DNA from: Acidobacteriota bacterium
GTDB taxonomy: Bacteria; Acidobacteriota; UBA6911; RPQK01; JAJDTT01
Direction of reading: 5' to 3'
Length of the DNA: 64,000 nucleotides
NCBI GenBank assembly: GCA_965217775.1
Contig: CBDCJH010000002.1
Location: 5,536,001-5,600,000, forward strand
The notes under the pieces are model-generated. The model saw only the letters and a program-made list of their open reading frames with translations. It made no database searches and was not told the DNA's origin. Shown in pieces: positions 60,718-64,000 of this stretch (position 1 is the first letter of the stretch; each line of letters opens with the position of its first letter). The translations under genes were made by a program, and so were the position numbers.

Positions 60718-61599
60718 CCAATCCGCCAAATCGACACCTGACCGCTGCATGTAGTCGCGGATGTATTCGAGGGTGTCCTCCTGCCCGTGCCCCGCGTCTC
60801 GAAACCGGGTGATGAGCGTTTCCACGAGCGGGCCGACTTCCAGCGGCACGCCGAGTTCTCTGCCCAATTCGACACCCAGGCGCATGTCCTTGACGGCCCC
60901 GTCAGTGACGAAGTGCAGCGGTTCGCCGTCGAGGAACAGCTTCATGCTCCTTTCCAGGAAGGTGCTGTGGCCCATGCTCGGCTTGACGACATCGAGCAGA
61001 GTCCGCGGATCGATGCCCGCCTTGACACCCATGGCCATCCCTTCGCAGGCGCCGATGAAGTTGATGTACATCATCAGGTTGTTCACCAGCTTGGCGACGT
61101 TTCCGGAACCCGCCGGCCCAATGTGGACCACGGTCTTTCCGAAGCACTGGAGGAGGGGGCGGTACTTTTCGAATGTCGCCTGTTCTCCGCCGACGAATAC
61201 GGTCAGCGTGGCATCTCGCGCACCCCATATGCCTCCGCTGATGGGCGCATCCAGGACCTGAATGCCCCTGGATGCGCCGGTTTCTCCGATGCGGCGCATG
61301 ACCTCGGGTGCGTTGGTGCTGGTATCGATGCAGGCGCCTCCCGCGGCCAGACCGGCAAAGACGCCGTTCTCGCCCAGGACGACCGATTCCACTTGCACCG
61401 GACCGGGAAGCGACAGCAGCACCACGTCGGACCGGACTGCCGTCTCCTCAGGGCTCGTTGCCCACGTCGCACCTGAGTCCTCGAGATTTCGACCATGCTC
61501 GCGACGGATGTCGTGGATGGTCAGTTCGTGTCCGGCCTGCTGCAGGTTGGCTGCCATGGGATTCCCCATGGCCCCCAGGCCGATGAATCCGACTCTCAT
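60679..61599 (-). CDS. NAD(P)-dependent beta-hydroxyacid dehydrogenase (3-hydroxyisobutyrate/2-hydroxy-3-oxopropionate reductase family)
   Basis: GFIGLGAMG, DTST, DAPISGG, GSGNVAKLVNN, KDMRLG. Confidence 0.9.
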   Translation of the reverse strand: MRVGFIGLGAMGNPMAANLQQAGHELTIHDIRREHGRNLEDSGATWATSPEETAVRSDVVLLSLPGPVQVESVVLGENGVFAGLAAGGACIDTSTNAPEVMRRIGETGASRGIQVLDAPISGGIWGARDATLTVFVGGEQATFEKYRPLLQCFGKTVVHIGPAGSGNVAKLVNNLMMYINFIGACEGMAMGVKAGIDPRTLLDVVKPSMGHSTFLERSMKLFLDGEPLHFVTDGAVKDMRLGVELGRELGVPLEVGPLVETLITRFRDAGHGQEDTLEYIRDYMQRSGVDLADWGAAAFLPPIRGG

Positions 61600-61669
61600 T
61601 TCGGTACCTCTCTACCGGTCCTGATTCTGTGAGGAACACGGACGGCGTGAAGGACGGACCGGTGTGGAT

Positions 61670-62458
61670 TTATGGGGTGCTGCGCCGATCGCCGCCGTCC
61701 ATGTAGATGGAGCTGCCGAACATGTAGGAGCACACGTCCGACGTCAGAAAAGCGACGACGTCCGCAATCTCCTCCGGCTCGGCGATCCTTCCGGCGGGCA
61801 GTCGACTGCCGAGATCCTTCAGGACATCCTCCACGTCCCGTCCCTCTTCGTCCGCCTTGCCCTGAAACAGATCACGCGCCCTCTGCGTGTTGGTGAAGCC
61901 GGGGCAGATGGTATTGACCAGGATACCGTCCCCTGAGACCGCGTCCGAGAGTGCGCGGGTCATGTTGAGAATGGTGATGTTGGCCAGGCTGACCGGGATG
62001 TTGCCTTGGGCCGGACTCGCACCTGCGCTCCCCGCGATGTTCACGATACGCCCCCAGCCGTTTCGTTTCATATGGGGGATCACGAGTTGGGACATGCGAA
62101 GATAGCCGTAGCTCTTCAGGCCCAGCGCATCGTCGATCACTTCGGTGGGAAGATCCAGGATATCGTGGGCACGTGCCGCGCCCGCGCAATTCACCAGGAT
62201 ATCGATCCCTCCGAACTGTTCCACCGATTCGTCCACGACGCGGCGGCACGCCTCCAGAGCCGTAAGATCGGCCGAAACCGCATATCCTTCGCCCCCCGCC
62301 TCGTTGATCTCCCCCACGGTCCGGTCCAGCAGGCTCTGGTTGCGAGCCGTGATGCATACTCGCGCCCCCTCTCGGGCCAGCGCCAGGGCGCAACACCGTC
62401 CGATACCGCGATTGCCGCCGGTTACGATAGCGCGCTTTCCTTTTAGTCCGAGGTCCAT
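61670..62458 (-). CDS. SDR family oxidoreductase
   Basis: MDLGLKGKRAIVTGGNRGIG, DILVNCAG, GRIVNI, VNTICPG. Confidence 0.9.
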   Translation of the reverse strand: MDLGLKGKRAIVTGGNRGIGRCCALALAREGARVCITARNQSLLDRTVGEINEAGGEGYAVSADLTALEACRRVVDESVEQFGGIDILVNCAGAARAHDILDLPTEVIDDALGLKSYGYLRMSQLVIPHMKRNGWGRIVNIAGSAGASPAQGNIPVSLANITILNMTRALSDAVSGDGILVNTICPGFTNTQRARDLFQGKADEEGRDVEDVLKDLGSRLPAGRIAEPEEIADVVAFLTSDVCSYMFGSSIYMDGGDRRSTP

Positions 62459-62502
62459 AGATGTTCCTTTGTCTACGGTGTGCCGTATCGATGAATAGCG
62501 GA

Positions 62503-63999
62503 TCAGTTGCGGACTACTTCGAGTAGGGTGATCTCCCAGGGCTCGAGGGTCAAACGAAGGTCGTCCCCAACCAGATCCCGGTACGTGCCCTCGGTGTCCC
62601 TCGGCCAGTGGCGCCTGACCTGCCAGCGACCGCTATCCTCGAAGGAGCATTCGGCATCCAGTTCGAGGGAAGCTTCTGACGGGCGCGGGGAGCCATTGTT
62701 GAGTGCGATGAAACCCCGGTTCCCCGAGAAACCGAGATACCCGTAGAGCTCGTCCTTCCAGGGGTTGCCCAGAATGAAACGCCGATTGCGGAAGCACTCG
62801 GGGTAAGTCTTCAGAAGCCCGACGAAGTGGGCGAGATCCTCCCTCTCCTGCGTGGTGAGCCATTTCGGATGGGTCCAGATCTGTGCCATCAGGCTGCCGC
62901 GGGAGATGTCCATGACGAAGCCTTCCTGCCAGCGCTCCTGGCCGATCTTGCTGTTCCAACTGGTCGGGGAGAGCCATACGCCGAGCGAGTCCTTGAGGAG
63001 GGAAGGGATGTCGCCTTCTTCCGAGGTGTACCACTCGGCCTGATCCAGGATTCTCGTCACCGAGTCGCGCTGGTACCGGGTGGGCCAGTAGCTGGGCTGG
63101 CCGGCTTCGATCAGCAGCCCCGGGTCCCAGATATTGTCCATCCAGAGGAGCCACCAGGGAGAGCTGAAGCAGCCCTGTCCCATGATCAGGATGTCCGGGT
63201 TCTCCTTGTCGACGGCTGTCCAGGTGTCGATGGCGGCGTCGAATATCGATCGGGTGGAGTACTTGCCCGTTTCATGCCCGTGTCCGGTGTTGCGGCACAC
63301 CAGGCACATGCCGTCCTGGATCAGCACCGAAACCAAGCCTGAGCTTGCATAGCCGACCATGCTCTTCTTGATCGAGTCCGCGTATATTCTGGAGCCTCGG
63401 CATAGGCCTGTGGGGCGGCGGCCGGAGGGGCCTCCCGCTCGAACCTGATCGATGGAACAGACCGCGAACTCCGGATTCCTGGAGCATTCCCAGGCGTGCT
63501 GAGCCTCGAAGCCGATCATGATGGGCACCCCGATCTGACGCGACCTTTCGAACACGCGATCCGGACCGTCGGGCCACCCGCTCCTTCGGAACGGTTCCAG
63601 ATCCCGAACCTTGTAATCCACGATCAGATGAGGAGCCTCCTTCCCACTGCGGTAGAAGGTGCTGTAGTCGTGCTTCGTGTCCCAGAAGAACCCGATCGAG
63701 ACTCCATCCAGTTTCAGATTCTGGTCCCGCTTCATCTCCTCGATCCCATCCAGGATCCCCATCATGTGCTGCTCGTCGTGCCAATCCCCGTGCTCGTCCG
63801 TTTCCCAGGAACCGTAGCTCATCAACAGGGCGTGGGGTTTGTCATGGCCTCGCCGGATCCGCCGCGACCGTTGCTGAATATGGTTCCGAAACGCCGCTGC
63901 GCTCTCACCTCGCTCAGCCACCCCGATCACCACTTCGCTCAGGGCGAGTTCCTCGCCGCTGTCCAACTCGGCGGCCGGAAACTCGCGAAGGCGGACCCG
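62503..63999 (-). CDS. Hypothetical TIM-barrel glycoside hydrolase-like protein (alpha-galactosidase-like), 5' end outside window
   Basis: Frame open to the window edge; CRNTGHGH, SPWWLLWMD, C-terminal beta-sandwich ending LTLEPWEITLLEV. Confidence 0.5.
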   Translation of the reverse strand, partial: RVRLREFPAAELDSGEELALSEVVIGVAERGESAAAFRNHIQQRSRRIRRGHDKPHALLMSYGSWETDEHGDWHDEQHMMGILDGIEEMKRDQNLKLDGVSIGFFWDTKHDYSTFYRSGKEAPHLIVDYKVRDLEPFRRSGWPDGPDRVFERSRQIGVPIMIGFEAQHAWECSRNPEFAVCSIDQVRAGGPSGRRPTGLCRGSRIYADSIKKSMVGYASSGLVSVLIQDGMCLVCRNTGHGHETGKYSTRSIFDAAIDTWTAVDKENPDILIMGQGCFSSPWWLLWMDNIWDPGLLIEAGQPSYWPTRYQRDSVTRILDQAEWYTSEEGDIPSLLKDSLGVWLSPTSWNSKIGQERWQEGFVMDISRGSLMAQIWTHPKWLTTQEREDLAHFVGLLKTYPECFRNRRFILGNPWKDELYGYLGFSGNRGFIALNNGSPRPSEASLELDAECSFEDSGRWQVRRHWPRDTEGTYRDLVGDDLRLTLEPWEITLLEVVRN

Positions 64000-64000
64000 T

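Overview
A GC-rich bacterial chromosome window with an Acidobacteriota-like gene complement: two CarboxypepD_reg/TonB-dependent receptors, GWxTD, TPR, CRTAC1/ASPIC-UnbV, DUF4097 and PSD1/DUF1549-DUF1553 plus DUF1501 proteins. The taxon is an inference from gene content. Most of the window is catabolic or uptake genes: SDRs, two MR/MLE enolases, a cyclase, RhaT and MFS transporters, and two sialidase-type propellers. Five features stand out. (i) An unusual operon encodes E2, an ACL-like SucC/SucD pair, a ferredoxin, E1beta, E1alpha, an Ord-like amine dehydrogenase and an enolase, with no E3. (ii) An accessory region at about 30.8-39.8 kb holds two XRE-ImmA/IrrE + PIN modules and an ECF sigma operon, whose promoter and first ~26 codons recur, inverted, in front of a DUF4097 gene. 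(iii) A heavily eroded and rearranged DUF499/DUF1156/SNF2-DUF3883 restriction-like locus still carries an intact AAA_21 + DUF4276 pair. (iv) A family of GGAG-foot REP-like palindromes occurs in BIME-like clusters. (v) A hairpin MITE is present. No rRNA, tRNA, CRISPR array, integrase or intact transposase was recognised. All family calls come from motif recognition by eye, not database searches.
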